64,000 nucleotides of DNA. It comes from Candidatus Thorarchaeota archaeon. Lineage in GTDB: Archaea > Asgardarchaeota > Thorarchaeia > Thorarchaeales > Thorarchaeaceae. The first letter of the stretch is position 1, and every line of letters starts with the position of its first letter. Both the position numbers and the translations under genes were made by a program. Below the pieces are notes generated by a model, which searched no databases, had not been told where the DNA came from, and saw nothing but the letters and a program-made list of their open reading frames with translations. The stretch covers positions 13,671 through 77,670 of the forward strand of contig JBHLRP010000008.1 in NCBI GenBank assembly GCA_048882485.1, in the 5' to 3' direction. This document shows positions 30,336 through 39,700 of this stretch, piece after piece.

Positions 30336-31271
30336 ATGCAGGATGTCGTGGTAATTGCGGCTTTACTTAGGGAGATATCATTTGGAATACTTCTCGTTGG
30401 ACTGTTCTATACATTTGGAATGTTTCTGATTGGTAGACTAGTTTCAGCAATAGGGGAGCATGGCACAGATCATGATGTCGAGAAGGAGGTTGACCATGAT
30501 GTGGAACATGACGTCGACCATGGTGAGATAGAACATGAGGTGGACCATGAATATGATATGGATCATGGAGACATCGATCATAGTATTGAACATGAATATG
30601 AGGCGGACCACGAGCTAGATGCTGGTTACGAACACGAGATTGGGCATGAATTGGAAAAGGAAATTGATCATAGTATTGACTATGATGTTGACCACGATGT
30701 GGACCATGATGTGGATGTTGACCATGACGTGGAGAAAGAATGGGATCAAGAGGTTGATATCGACCATGAACTGGATGTGGAGAAGCAATCAGGTTTCTTC
30801 GAGAGCGATAGAGGGGCACCTCTTGGTGTGACGATCGGAACTACATTGCTAAGTTTTGGCTTCTTTGGTTCTATCATCTACTACGATGGGATTGTGATTC
30901 CATTTGCAGGTAAGTTCCTTCTTCATTTTCTTGGAGCTGCTTTAGTGGTGTACGCAGTTAGAACAGTTCTTGGAAAAGTGTTTGTTGAGTCTGGATTCAT
31001 GATAGAGCCGCGTCATCTTGTAGGCAGGCATGTTGAAGCAGTTTCAACTATCAGTGACTATTTTGGCGAAGTGCGAACTGACACTGAAATGGGCCTGAGA
31101 CGGTTTCATGCGCGTCCCTTTCAGAAAGGTGTTGCTTTTGAGAGAGGTACTGACCTCTATGTGGTGTCCGCGAACGAGAAGTTTGTCTATGTGGATCCGC
31201 GAAAAGAAGCCCTGAAGTGGAGTCATAGGCAAAGCCAGAAACGCCGTGAAACTGAAAAAGAAGAAGCCTAG
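30336..31271 (+). CDS. NfeD/YqiJ-like flotillin partner with long His/Asp/Glu repeat
   Basis: TM, H/D/E repeat, two TMs, then an OB-like NfeD C-terminus (LVGRHVEAVSTISDYFGEV); lies upstream of the SPFH gene. Confidence 0.75.
   Translation: MQDVVVIAALLREISFGILLVGLFYTFGMFLIGRLVSAIGEHGTDHDVEKEVDHDVEHDVDHGEIEHEVDHEYDMDHGDIDHSIEHEYEADHELDAGYEHEIGHELEKEIDHSIDYDVDHDVDHDVDVDHDVEKEWDQEVDIDHELDVEKQSGFFESDRGAPLGVTIGTTLLSFGFFGSIIYYDGIVIPFAGKFLLHFLGAALVVYAVRTVLGKVFVESGFMIEPRHLVGRHVEAVSTISDYFGEVRTDTEMGLRRFHARPFQKGVAFERGTDLYVVSANEKFVYVDPRKEALKWSHRQSQKRRETEKEEA
30456..30786 (+). repeat. intragenic degenerate [D/E]-H-[D/E]-hydrophobic tetrapeptide repeat
   Basis: DHDVEKEVDHDVEHDVDH... over about 110 aa; recurrent GACCATGA/GATCAT units. 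Confidence 0.85.
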
Positions 31272-31319
31272 AAGGCATTTCTGTGCGCAGGTTTATATCA
31301 AGAGAAATCGATAGTCACA

Positions 31320-31513
31320 CAGGTGCGTCTGACCTCAGTGAACTACCATCTGAGAGATGATTCAACAGGAGATTCGAAGGCAAGGACTGAATCCACGAGG
31401 GCCAAGTCTGACTCAGAGAGTCTGCATGTGATGGATGCAGGGGCCAAGGCAATGACTTGGAAACTGAAAATGCATATTCAGAGGACAATAGGTCAACTGA
31501 GGAGGAGTACTTG
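31320..31513 (+). ncRNA. putative large structured 5' leader RNA of the flotillin gene
   Basis: TTTATAT at 31292 predicts a start near 31321. Long-range stems CCTCAGT/ACTGAGG and CCAAGTC/GACTTGG enclose internal hairpins; wobbles are G-U on the plus strand. Confidence 0.55.
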
Positions 31514-31543
31514 AAAACACAATTGTGTGAGTAGAAAGAAAAA

Positions 31544-32863
31544 ATGCAAGCAGGAATACTTGATTGGTTAGCAGCAAACCCAGCTCTTGCCATCGCACTG
31601 TTTGGCATTCTGGGAATACTTTTGCTATCCTTCTACATAGTGAAGTATGTCAGGATCTTTGATCCAAACATTTTCTATGTACATCTTAGGAAGGGTAAGG
31701 CAATTAAGCAAGGAGAGGGCGGCATGGTAATTCGAATTCCATTCTTGGATAGAATACTTGCCGTGGATAGAACCGTCCAGCAGCTCAATATCTCTGCTGA
31801 GTCTGTGCTCTCAAAGGAGAAGCAGAAGATTCGATTGAGTGCTGTACTTCAATGGCAGGCAGAGAATGCTATCGCCACGATAAACAATGTGAAATGGGGA
31901 GAGATACCTCCTCGGCTTACAGCTATCATTGAATCGGTCATCCGTACCTCTTGTGCCCAATTGGAGGTCGAGAGTATTCTCGAGGAACGTCAGCTGATCA
32001 TCGAGGCAATCAAGAAGGAACTGACTGACATCGTCAGTGAGTGGGGGCTCAAAATCGTAACAGTCGAATTAGTAGACGTAGTAGTGGTTAACGAGTTATT
32101 TCTCCAAGACATGTCAAAACCCAGAGAAGCAGAAATGCATAGGCTTGCTCAGATTGCCCAAATCGAGGCAGAGCAAGAAACAGGTGTCAAAGACATCGAG
32201 AGATCAAGGATGCTAAGGCAGAAGGAAATCGAACGCGATCAGCAAATTGGCGTGCAGGAGCAAGCCCAGCTCAGAGCTATTCAAGAATCAGAGAAGCAAC
32301 GTGAACAAAGCGTTCTCGAGATAGAGCTTCAGAAAGATCTCATGCAGAAACGATACGAAAAGCAGCAGGCTGAGGTCGAAGCCGCCAAGGATCTAGAAGT
32401 TGCTAAGTTTGCTGCTGAAGCTGAGAAGCAGAAGAAGATAAAGCAGGAGGTTGAAGTACAAGCTCAGAGGATTCTGCAAGAAGCGAAGGCTGATGCAGAG
32501 AAGATCAGCATGGTAGCTTCAGCTGATGCTGAGAAGATCCTAAAAGTCACAAGCGCTGAAGCTGAGGGTATCAAAAAGACTCTAGCCGCTGCGAAGGACT
32601 ATACGCCACAGGCGTTTGCGAGAGACTTTCTCCAGATTCTTCCCCGGATTTATGAGCAGATAGACATTGGCGACATCACGCTATTTGGCGGTGGAAGCGG
32701 TAATGGTTCAGATGCTGGAGAGGAAGGAGGAGGCGCCGGTGCATTCCAGATATTCGGAAATGTGCTTCTTCCCATGATGCTAATGGCTAGAATGATGGGC
32801 TTTGATTTCCAGGGCTTGATGAAGGACTCGCTTGGGAGCATGGCGGTCGAAAAAGCTGCTTAA
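31544..32863 (+). CDS. SPFH domain / flotillin-like protein
   Basis: N-terminal TM, SPFH domain, and an AEA-rich coiled-coil flotillin region. Confidence 0.9.
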   Translation: MQAGILDWLAANPALAIALFGILGILLLSFYIVKYVRIFDPNIFYVHLRKGKAIKQGEGGMVIRIPFLDRILAVDRTVQQLNISAESVLSKEKQKIRLSAVLQWQAENAIATINNVKWGEIPPRLTAIIESVIRTSCAQLEVESILEERQLIIEAIKKELTDIVSEWGLKIVTVELVDVVVVNELFLQDMSKPREAEMHRLAQIAQIEAEQETGVKDIERSRMLRQKEIERDQQIGVQEQAQLRAIQESEKQREQSVLEIELQKDLMQKRYEKQQAEVEAAKDLEVAKFAAEAEKQKKIKQEVEVQAQRILQEAKADAEKISMVASADAEKILKVTSAEAEGIKKTLAAAKDYTPQAFARDFLQILPRIYEQIDIGDITLFGGGSGNGSDAGEEGGGAGAFQIFGNVLLPMMLMARMMGFDFQGLMKDSLGSMAVEKAA

Positions 32864-32878
32864 CACATAGATTCCAAA

Positions 32879-32918
32879 GCCTGGGGATGGATAAAATCCC
32901 TCTCCAGGCCACTCTTTT
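32879..32918 (+). terminator. hairpin terminator between convergent genes
   Basis: GCCTGG...CCAGGC stem followed by CACTCTTTT. Confidence 0.5.
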
Positions 32919-32935
32919 GCGAGATGGTCCAACCA

Positions 32936-34726
32936 CTAGAAACCTTTGTAACAAGGCTTGCTCAGCATTTGAAGAAGTTCCTTTCTCAGATTCTGCTCCT
33001 GAATGAATCCATTCAATTCTATGTCACAGAGTTTTATTGTAGGCAATACGGGCATCTCATCTTCAGGCAATTCTACACTAGGATCATCAACATTGATTGA
33101 TTCTATTATTGAGCTAGCAATGCTGAGTTCTTCCATGAGTCGTAGCAACAGGTCGTAGACAGGTTCGCACCAGAAGCAGTGAGTCGACTTATAGAAGGTG
33201 ATGCATTTCTTGCCACCGCAAGGCAACTCAGTTTCATCGGTCCACGCTGGGAAGACACAGACAAACTTGGCTCCCTGTGACGGGTCTCCTTCAACGCGAT
33301 CCTCAACCCAAATCTGCCCATTGAGACTTCTTACAATATTGTCAGCCAGCGTAAGTCCAAGGCCTCTCCCAACCACTTGAGCATCAGGATGCCCGCTCCT
33401 CTTGAAGATGAACTCCTTTAGAGGATCTAGAATGCCGGGACCGTAGTCAGCGAACTCTATGCGTACAAGCCGTGAGTCAATAATTTGGGCAATGATGTCT
33501 ATCTCCACCAAGTCCCTCTCATCATACATTGCAGAATTGTGGATTATGTTGAATAGAACTTGCGAGAGGTACTGATGGCCTGGTATGTGGAACTTCCCCT
33601 CAGTGATATTCGTATTAACCTTCAATTCCTTCCAATGGAAGTCTATTCTTACTGATTCGACTGCGGCAACAAGGTGACTATAGATATCTGTCTTCTCTAG
33701 ACTTGGCGGTTGGTCTCTAAGTGCCATGATTGTCCTCATATTAGCAATCATTCTAGCAGATCGTCTGACATTCCAATTCGCCTGTTCCATTTGTGCCTGC
33801 AAGCTTCCTGGGATTTCCATCTGTGATTCTAACAAGCCCATAGCAAACAAGATAGATTGGTTGATGTTGTTGAGGTCGTGAGTAGCAACTTCTAGATAGA
33901 GATTCGCCCTCTCCTCTTCCATCCTCTCTCTTCTTTCTGCAGTCTTTCTTCGATCAATATCAAGGGCCATTAATCCAATTCGACTGGATTTGCCCGGCTT
34001 GTCCAAAGGTCCGGCTGTGACACTTACCCAAATGGGCTTTCCATCAGCCCTCCTCATCATGATCTCTACTCCGTTAACTGCTCCTCCTTGAAGTATCTCA
34101 TTGAAGACAAGCTTTCCTGCTTGAGCATCAATTGGGTCTCCTGGAAGGAAGGTTTCAATATTCCTTCGAATCATCTGTTCTTCTTTATGTCCTAAGAGTC
34201 GCATTGCAGCCTGATTGACCTGAAGAATAATACCTCTAGGGCTTAGGGTGAAGTAAGCTATTGGTGATGAGTCAAACAGCTGACGATATCGCGATTCAGA
34301 TTGCTCAATCGCAGCTTCTAGTTTGAGCTGTTGTGTGATGTCGCGTACAATCCCAACTTTGGCAGGTGCTCCTTGGTAATCAAAGTCTGCAAGACTGATT
34401 TCCGCCATCACCGAACGCCCAGTCCTAGTGACCAAATGGATTCGATGGCTTGGGGAAATGTCTGACGATATTTCAAAACTCTCAATCTGCTCTTTGAACT
34501 GATGAGAAGATGCTGGATTAAGTAGGCTGACAAAGTCCTTTCCAAGAAGTTCGCTCTCTTCAAACTCTAGTAGCTTTGAGAATGCTGGATTGACCATTGA
34601 AATCAGGTCGTCCTGAATCACCACTATTCCATCATTCGCCATCTGGAGGATGCTCTTGTACCTGTCATTTGATTCAATACGTTCCTCAGGCACATGAAAC
34701 ACATCCGGCATGCAGTTAGCGTACAT
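32936..34726 (-). CDS. PAS-PAS sensor histidine kinase with C-terminal thioredoxin-like CxxC domain
   Basis: Two PAS/PAC domains; H-box THDLNN; N-box NIIHNS; DYGPGI; GRGLGL; C-terminal FYKSTHCFWC...VLPTI. Confidence 0.9.
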   Translation of the reverse strand: MYANCMPDVFHVPEERIESNDRYKSILQMANDGIVVIQDDLISMVNPAFSKLLEFEESELLGKDFVSLLNPASSHQFKEQIESFEISSDISPSHRIHLVTRTGRSVMAEISLADFDYQGAPAKVGIVRDITQQLKLEAAIEQSESRYRQLFDSSPIAYFTLSPRGIILQVNQAAMRLLGHKEEQMIRRNIETFLPGDPIDAQAGKLVFNEILQGGAVNGVEIMMRRADGKPIWVSVTAGPLDKPGKSSRIGLMALDIDRRKTAERRERMEEERANLYLEVATHDLNNINQSILFAMGLLESQMEIPGSLQAQMEQANWNVRRSARMIANMRTIMALRDQPPSLEKTDIYSHLVAAVESVRIDFHWKELKVNTNITEGKFHIPGHQYLSQVLFNIIHNSAMYDERDLVEIDIIAQIIDSRLVRIEFADYGPGILDPLKEFIFKRSGHPDAQVVGRGLGLTLADNIVRSLNGQIWVEDRVEGDPSQGAKFVCVFPAWTDETELPCGGKKCITFYKSTHCFWCEPVYDLLLRLMEELSIASSIIESINVDDPSVELPEDEMPVLPTIKLCDIELNGFIQEQNLRKELLQMLSKPCYKGF

Positions 34727-34862
34727 TCCAATGTTCTGTGATACAGTGCAATAGATTTAGCTGATTTGGAACGCTCATAATGTTTGCTGGTCTAGTGTTA
34801 TCATCATCATTCAAAGGGCCGCATAGATAATATTTTAATAGTTATTCAAATGTTAAAATGTT

Positions 34863-35186
34863 GTGACTACGGAAGTGAATGACCAAGATGAGGCTGACCT
34901 AGACCAGATAGACGCGCAGAATATATCGCGGTTGTTCAGCGCACTTAATGATGAGTCAAGGGTTAGAATAGTCAACCTGCTAATGCGGGAAGAGAAGATC
35001 TTTGTTTCTGAGATTGCAAAAAGGACAGGCCAGCATATCAGTAGCGTGAGTCACCATCTGCGAATTCTCAAAGACCTTGGCTTTGTTAGACATGAGCGTG
35101 ACGGAAAGCATGTCTATCACATGCTCGACGACGACTGCATCAGAGACATCATGGAGAGAGCGATAGAACATGTTGCTGGAAAGTGA
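34863..35186 (+). CDS. ArsR/SmtB family metalloregulator
   Basis: FSALNDESRVRI...VSEIA...SSVSHHLRILKDLGFV; probably leaderless (TTTTAATA about 30 nt upstream). Confidence 0.92.
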   Translation: MTTEVNDQDEADLDQIDAQNISRLFSALNDESRVRIVNLLMREEKIFVSEIAKRTGQHISSVSHHLRILKDLGFVRHERDGKHVYHMLDDDCIRDIMERAIEHVAGK

Positions 35187-37074
35187 AGCAGCTTGCACTC
35201 ATTGTGCAAAGCAAGAGGAAGAAGACACCAAGACAAGTATGACTGAAAGGTATGTCATTGCAGTACTTGCTTCTATCACTTGGGCGGCAGCAATTCTTGT
35301 TGAGCTGCTTTTGCAGAATCAGTTGTTTGTCTATGGACTATCAATCGCCGCACTCCTAATGGCAGGGAGATGGATCATCCCAAGGGGACTCCGAGGTGCC
35401 GCAAAGATTCATCTGGACATCAATTTCCTGATGACATTTGCAGCTTTTGCTGCACTTATCATAGGTGCACCCTTGGAGGGAGCCGCAGCCATGTATCTCT
35501 TCTTCATTGCCAATCTTCTAGAGGACCGAGCAAGTGAACAGGTTCGGAATGACATACAGGGACTGCTAGAGCTAGCACCACCTATGATCTCGATTAAGAC
35601 CTCTGGAGGAATAGTGGATGCGCCAGTAGAATCAGGCCAGATAGGTGAAGTCTTCGTTGTCAAGCCAGGGGACAGAATCGGCCTTGATGGAATTGTTGCT
35701 TCAGGCAACACTAGTGTGAATCAGAGTCCGATCACCGGAGAATCCATGCCGGTCTCAAAACAGGTTGGCGATACAGTATACGCTGGAACAATAAACATGG
35801 ATGGCTCTGTTGAGATTGAAATCACCCATCCGTCCAATGAAACCGTGCTCTCTCGAATAGTTTCACTTGTAGATGATGCCCGTAGCAAGAGATCGCCAAC
35901 TGAAAAATTGGTCTCCAGGATTTCTCATCGGTACACTCCAATGGTAGTGCTTGCGTCCGTTGCAATGGCCTTGCTAACGTTCGCCTTCGGATTCACATTA
36001 GAGGAGGCTATTTACAGAGGACTTACATTGCTCGTCACATCTTGTCCGTGCGCATTTGTAATCTCAATTCCAGTCAGCATGGTCAGTTCAATTGCTGGAT
36101 CGGCAAGAAGTGGTGTTCTCGTCAAGGGGTCCGAATACATAGAAGCACTGAGCAAATCATCAGTGGTTGCATTTGATAAGACCGGCACCTTGACTGAGGG
36201 AGTGCTTCAAGTCGAGAGCATTACACCTGCAAATGGAGCGACCAGAGAGGAAGTTCTGAAACTCGCAGGATCATTAGAGATGTTTTCGGAACACCCCATT
36301 TCCCGAGCAATCACACAACTAGCTGAGATAGAAAGGGTGACTCCAAGTGAAGTAGATTCCTTTCAAGCAATAGCTGGACGCGGTGTCATGGGCATAATTG
36401 CTGGAGAAAGAGTTGCAGCAGGAAACAAAGGTCTCATGGCAGATGAAGGGATTGATATTGATGGCGGGGCATCTTCAGCTATTGGGACTAATGTCTACGT
36501 CGCAAGGAATGGAACTCATGTTGGGACTATAAGACTCATGGATTCAGTCCGACACACCGCGAGGAGAGCAATCCAAGATCTTTCTGCCATGAACATAAGG
36601 TCGATAATGCTCACTGGGGACAACCAGGCTACAGCTAGCTATGTCGCAGAAATTCTCAATGTTGATGAGTATCACGCGGACCTCCTTCCTCATGAGAAGG
36701 TAGAACAAGTTGAAGCTATCTCTGATGAGGGGACTCATCTCTTCATTGGCGATGGAATTAACGACGCGCCTGCAATGGCTGCATCTGATGTTTCCGTTGC
36801 GATGGGCGTGATCGGGTCTGATTTGGCTTTGGAAACAGCGGATGTGGCTTTGATGGAGGATGACTTGGAGAAGATTCCCATTCTAATTCAACAAGCCAAG
36901 AGGACAATGTCTATTGTGAAACAAAACATTGCGGTTTCAATTGGCATAAAAGCAGCGGTGGCAATCTTGGCCATAGCAGGATTGGCAACACTCTGGCTTG
37001 CGGTTGGAGTGGGTGACATGGGAGTTTCATTGCTTGTGATTGCAAATGCTCTAAGACTTGCTGTGCGTCGCTAG
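35170..37074 (+). CDS. cadA: heavy-metal (Zn/Cd/Pb) P1B-type ATPase
   Basis: TGES, CPC, DKTGT, SEHP, TGD and GDGINDAP motifs; N-terminal CTHC. Confidence 0.9.
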   Translation: MLLESEAACTHCAKQEEEDTKTSMTERYVIAVLASITWAAAILVELLLQNQLFVYGLSIAALLMAGRWIIPRGLRGAAKIHLDINFLMTFAAFAALIIGAPLEGAAAMYLFFIANLLEDRASEQVRNDIQGLLELAPPMISIKTSGGIVDAPVESGQIGEVFVVKPGDRIGLDGIVASGNTSVNQSPITGESMPVSKQVGDTVYAGTINMDGSVEIEITHPSNETVLSRIVSLVDDARSKRSPTEKLVSRISHRYTPMVVLASVAMALLTFAFGFTLEEAIYRGLTLLVTSCPCAFVISIPVSMVSSIAGSARSGVLVKGSEYIEALSKSSVVAFDKTGTLTEGVLQVESITPANGATREEVLKLAGSLEMFSEHPISRAITQLAEIERVTPSEVDSFQAIAGRGVMGIIAGERVAAGNKGLMADEGIDIDGGASSAIGTNVYVARNGTHVGTIRLMDSVRHTARRAIQDLSAMNIRSIMLTGDNQATASYVAEILNVDEYHADLLPHEKVEQVEAISDEGTHLFIGDGINDAPAMAASDVSVAMGVIGSDLALETADVALMEDDLEKIPILIQQAKRTMSIVKQNIAVSIGIKAAVAILAIAGLATLWLAVGVGDMGVSLLVIANALRLAVRR

Positions 37075-37075
37075 A

Positions 37076-38659
37076 CTAGCGGTATGAGTTCATTGCACGG
37101 ACTCCTGCTTCTAGAAACATGAAAACAATTGTCAATGTGAAGAACGGAAGCGCGACAAGTATCAGTTGCTCATGAGCTAATGCAGCAACCAAGCCGATTA
37201 AAGTTGCACCCAATGTGAGGTTAACAACTGGAAATGAAAATGCCAAAGGAACGGGCAGTACCTTTGGGTCATTTGTGATAACTGGGACATATGCACCGAT
37301 AGCTACACCAGTAGCTGTAAACATCAGAATCAGAGGAGCTGCTAGAGTAAGCAAAGACGCAAAACCTTCCACACGGAAGAAATAGGATAGGAACCCTAGA
37401 ACTGGAATTGTCGCCAGTCCTACCTCAATGAGACTAAGTAGATATTTCGCGAGAACTATATCCATGGGCTTGAATGGACTCGCCTTCAAGAGGTAGATGT
37501 TTTCTTGTTCATCTACGAAACTTAGGAGACTAGTAACACTGCTAAGCTGTATAAAGAGGAGTACAATGAGCAGAAAGGCTGGAACCGCAGTTGCGCTAAG
37601 CTCAGGAGGAATCTGAAGGGTAGCGAGACTGGCAGGTCGAAATACGTTGAGGTATACCACGAAGATCGTCCCGAAGATGACATAAACATATTTCCAGAAC
37701 TGAAGAGGGCTCCGCATTCTAGACCAGAAGTCTTTGAGCATAATCCATGACATCGGGTCTGAAAATCTGGTTTGTGTGAAGTCGACTTGTCCTCTGACGA
37801 TTTTGCTGAAGCGGCCCTCGACTTTTTCTCTGCCTACTGCGGCCGCAAAGATCTCGTAGTAATCGAAATCACATAGGGCAGCTAGGAAAAGAAATGAGAT
37901 GAGAAAACCAAGAATGAGGAAAACTAGACCCAAGTTTGGACCATATCCCCAAGCCAAGATCCCTGTGACTTCAGTCAATATGTAAGCATAGGCGTTTGAA
38001 GGAAACACAAGGGCCTCTGGGTAGCTTCCCGTTATCTGAGGGAGCGTTGGAAGAAATGCGGCTAATCCGAAAAGAACAACTAGGAAATGCCTTGCAGGAT
38101 TACGAGTGCGCTGCTGAACCTTGATCCTAAGGTATGATGCAATGCCTGCCAGGAAGTAATTCACTTCAAAATAGCCAATTGTGGTGACAAGAAGCAGAAA
38201 CATGGGAATGAACAAGAGATTTGCCGAGGTCACTATAGGCAATATTGCAATGACTCCTGCAAGAGCAAAGATGAGTTTTCTAATGAATCTGCGAACGTAT
38301 CTGCTCATAAACAGCTGAAATGGCTTAACAGGTGCACCCAGGATAATTGACTCATCATCATCAGTCAATGAAGCAGCGATGCCGATTCCGAAATATCCCC
38401 CCACAACAGATGATAATGTCAGGATTCCCATCCCAGCGAATATTGTTCCACGTTCAAGAACTTCTTCAATCATTGCCCCTACCGTGTACACCACTTCGCG
38501 AAAGCTTAGGACTGTTGATAATACTGTACTGACAAAATACACACCAATAATGGTAATTCCATAGAACATCAACATCGCTGGAGTTCTAATAGCACGCTTG
38601 AATTGGTTCCACAGCATCCTGACTTCATTTCTAGCCAGTGAATAAGTAGTGTTGACCAA
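37076..38659 (-). CDS. putative ABC exporter permease
   Basis: About 12-14 TMs in two halves; directly downstream of the ABC ATPase. Confidence 0.8.
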   Translation of the reverse strand: MVNTTYSLARNEVRMLWNQFKRAIRTPAMLMFYGITIIGVYFVSTVLSTVLSFREVVYTVGAMIEEVLERGTIFAGMGILTLSSVVGGYFGIGIAASLTDDDESIILGAPVKPFQLFMSRYVRRFIRKLIFALAGVIAILPIVTSANLLFIPMFLLLVTTIGYFEVNYFLAGIASYLRIKVQQRTRNPARHFLVVLFGLAAFLPTLPQITGSYPEALVFPSNAYAYILTEVTGILAWGYGPNLGLVFLILGFLISFLFLAALCDFDYYEIFAAAVGREKVEGRFSKIVRGQVDFTQTRFSDPMSWIMLKDFWSRMRSPLQFWKYVYVIFGTIFVVYLNVFRPASLATLQIPPELSATAVPAFLLIVLLFIQLSSVTSLLSFVDEQENIYLLKASPFKPMDIVLAKYLLSLIEVGLATIPVLGFLSYFFRVEGFASLLTLAAPLILMFTATGVAIGAYVPVITNDPKVLPVPLAFSFPVVNLTLGATLIGLVAALAHEQLILVALPFFTLTIVFMFLEAGVRAMNSYR

Positions 38660-38678
38660 ATTCGATCACCTGCATAGG

Positions 38679-39590
38679 CTATTCTGGGATACCTCCAGTG
38701 AGTTCGAGAAAGACTTCTTCCAGATTCGTTGCACGTTTGCTCTCATTGAGCAGATCTTTCAGAGTCCCGCGTCCTACGACCTTCGCTTCATTCATTATGA
38801 CAAATCGATCACACAGACTTTCAGCCACTTCCAAGATATGAGTGGATATGAGAATAGCCGACTTCTCCTTCTTCAGATTATTAAGATGTGCTTTGAGGCT
38901 CCAAGCACCGCGTGGGTCAAGTCCATAGATTGGCTCGTCGAAAGCCAGCACGAAAGGTGGCTCTCTTACAAATATGCCAACCAAGAGGGCTCTTTGCAGA
39001 TTTCCCTTGGAGAGTGTTCCAATGTAGTTGTCTAAATACTCCCGAAGCTGGAACATGTCAAGATAGTGACTCATGCGAACCAGAGTCTCTTCATTTGGAA
39101 CATCGTAGATTCGACCCATGAACATCAGGTATTCTCTTACCGTTAGACTGGGATAGCAAGTGGGCTTCTCTGGAATATATCCGATGAGGTCTTTCGCTGG
39201 AATTGGCGATTTCTGGATATCATGACCACCAACATAGACTTCTCCTCCACTCGCCTTGATGATCCCTGTCAAGACACGCAGTGTTGTCGTCTTCCCTGCA
39301 CCATTGGGTCCTACAAGACCAACAATCTCTCCCGGAGAAACTTTGAGGTCCAGTTTGTCCACTGCCAATGTCTTACTGAAGCTCTTGGACATTCCCTTGA
39401 TTTCGAGGGCAGGATCAGGCAACATCTTTCGCTTGTCACTTCTCTTGTCCTTTCTCTCCTGCATGGCTTTAGTCAATTCTTCGATAAGCCAGATTCGCTT
39501 GACAGTACGACTGGCTATTGGCACTTTCAGAATCCGCGCAAGTCTCACAAGTTCTTCATCGGTCATCCTCTGAATCGTAGAGAGTTCCAC
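38679..39590 (-). CDS. ABC transporter ATP-binding protein with N-terminal helical extension
   Basis: GPNGAGKTT, LSKG, FDEP..GLDP and STH motifs. Confidence 0.92.
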   Translation of the reverse strand: MELSTIQRMTDEELVRLARILKVPIASRTVKRIWLIEELTKAMQERKDKRSDKRKMLPDPALEIKGMSKSFSKTLAVDKLDLKVSPGEIVGLVGPNGAGKTTTLRVLTGIIKASGGEVYVGGHDIQKSPIPAKDLIGYIPEKPTCYPSLTVREYLMFMGRIYDVPNEETLVRMSHYLDMFQLREYLDNYIGTLSKGNLQRALLVGIFVREPPFVLAFDEPIYGLDPRGAWSLKAHLNNLKKEKSAILISTHILEVAESLCDRFVIMNEAKVVGRGTLKDLLNESKRATNLEEVFLELTGGIPE

Positions 39591-39700
39591 ACTCAGTCGA
39601 AACGCCTCCAGCCACCATGTTAGTGAACAGTCAATTGGTCAGACTTGAATTCATGACATAAGAAGTCATGGGTACAAGTATATAACATTCAATATAATAC

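Noticed and set aside
31323-31514. 63-aa ORF in the flotillin leader
   Set aside because: It has no recognisable protein features, and extensive base pairing explains the region better. It is not fully excluded as a leader peptide.
34806-34862. ArsR/SmtB operator
   Set aside because: Only ATTCAAA half-sites are visible, with no convincing inverted repeat.
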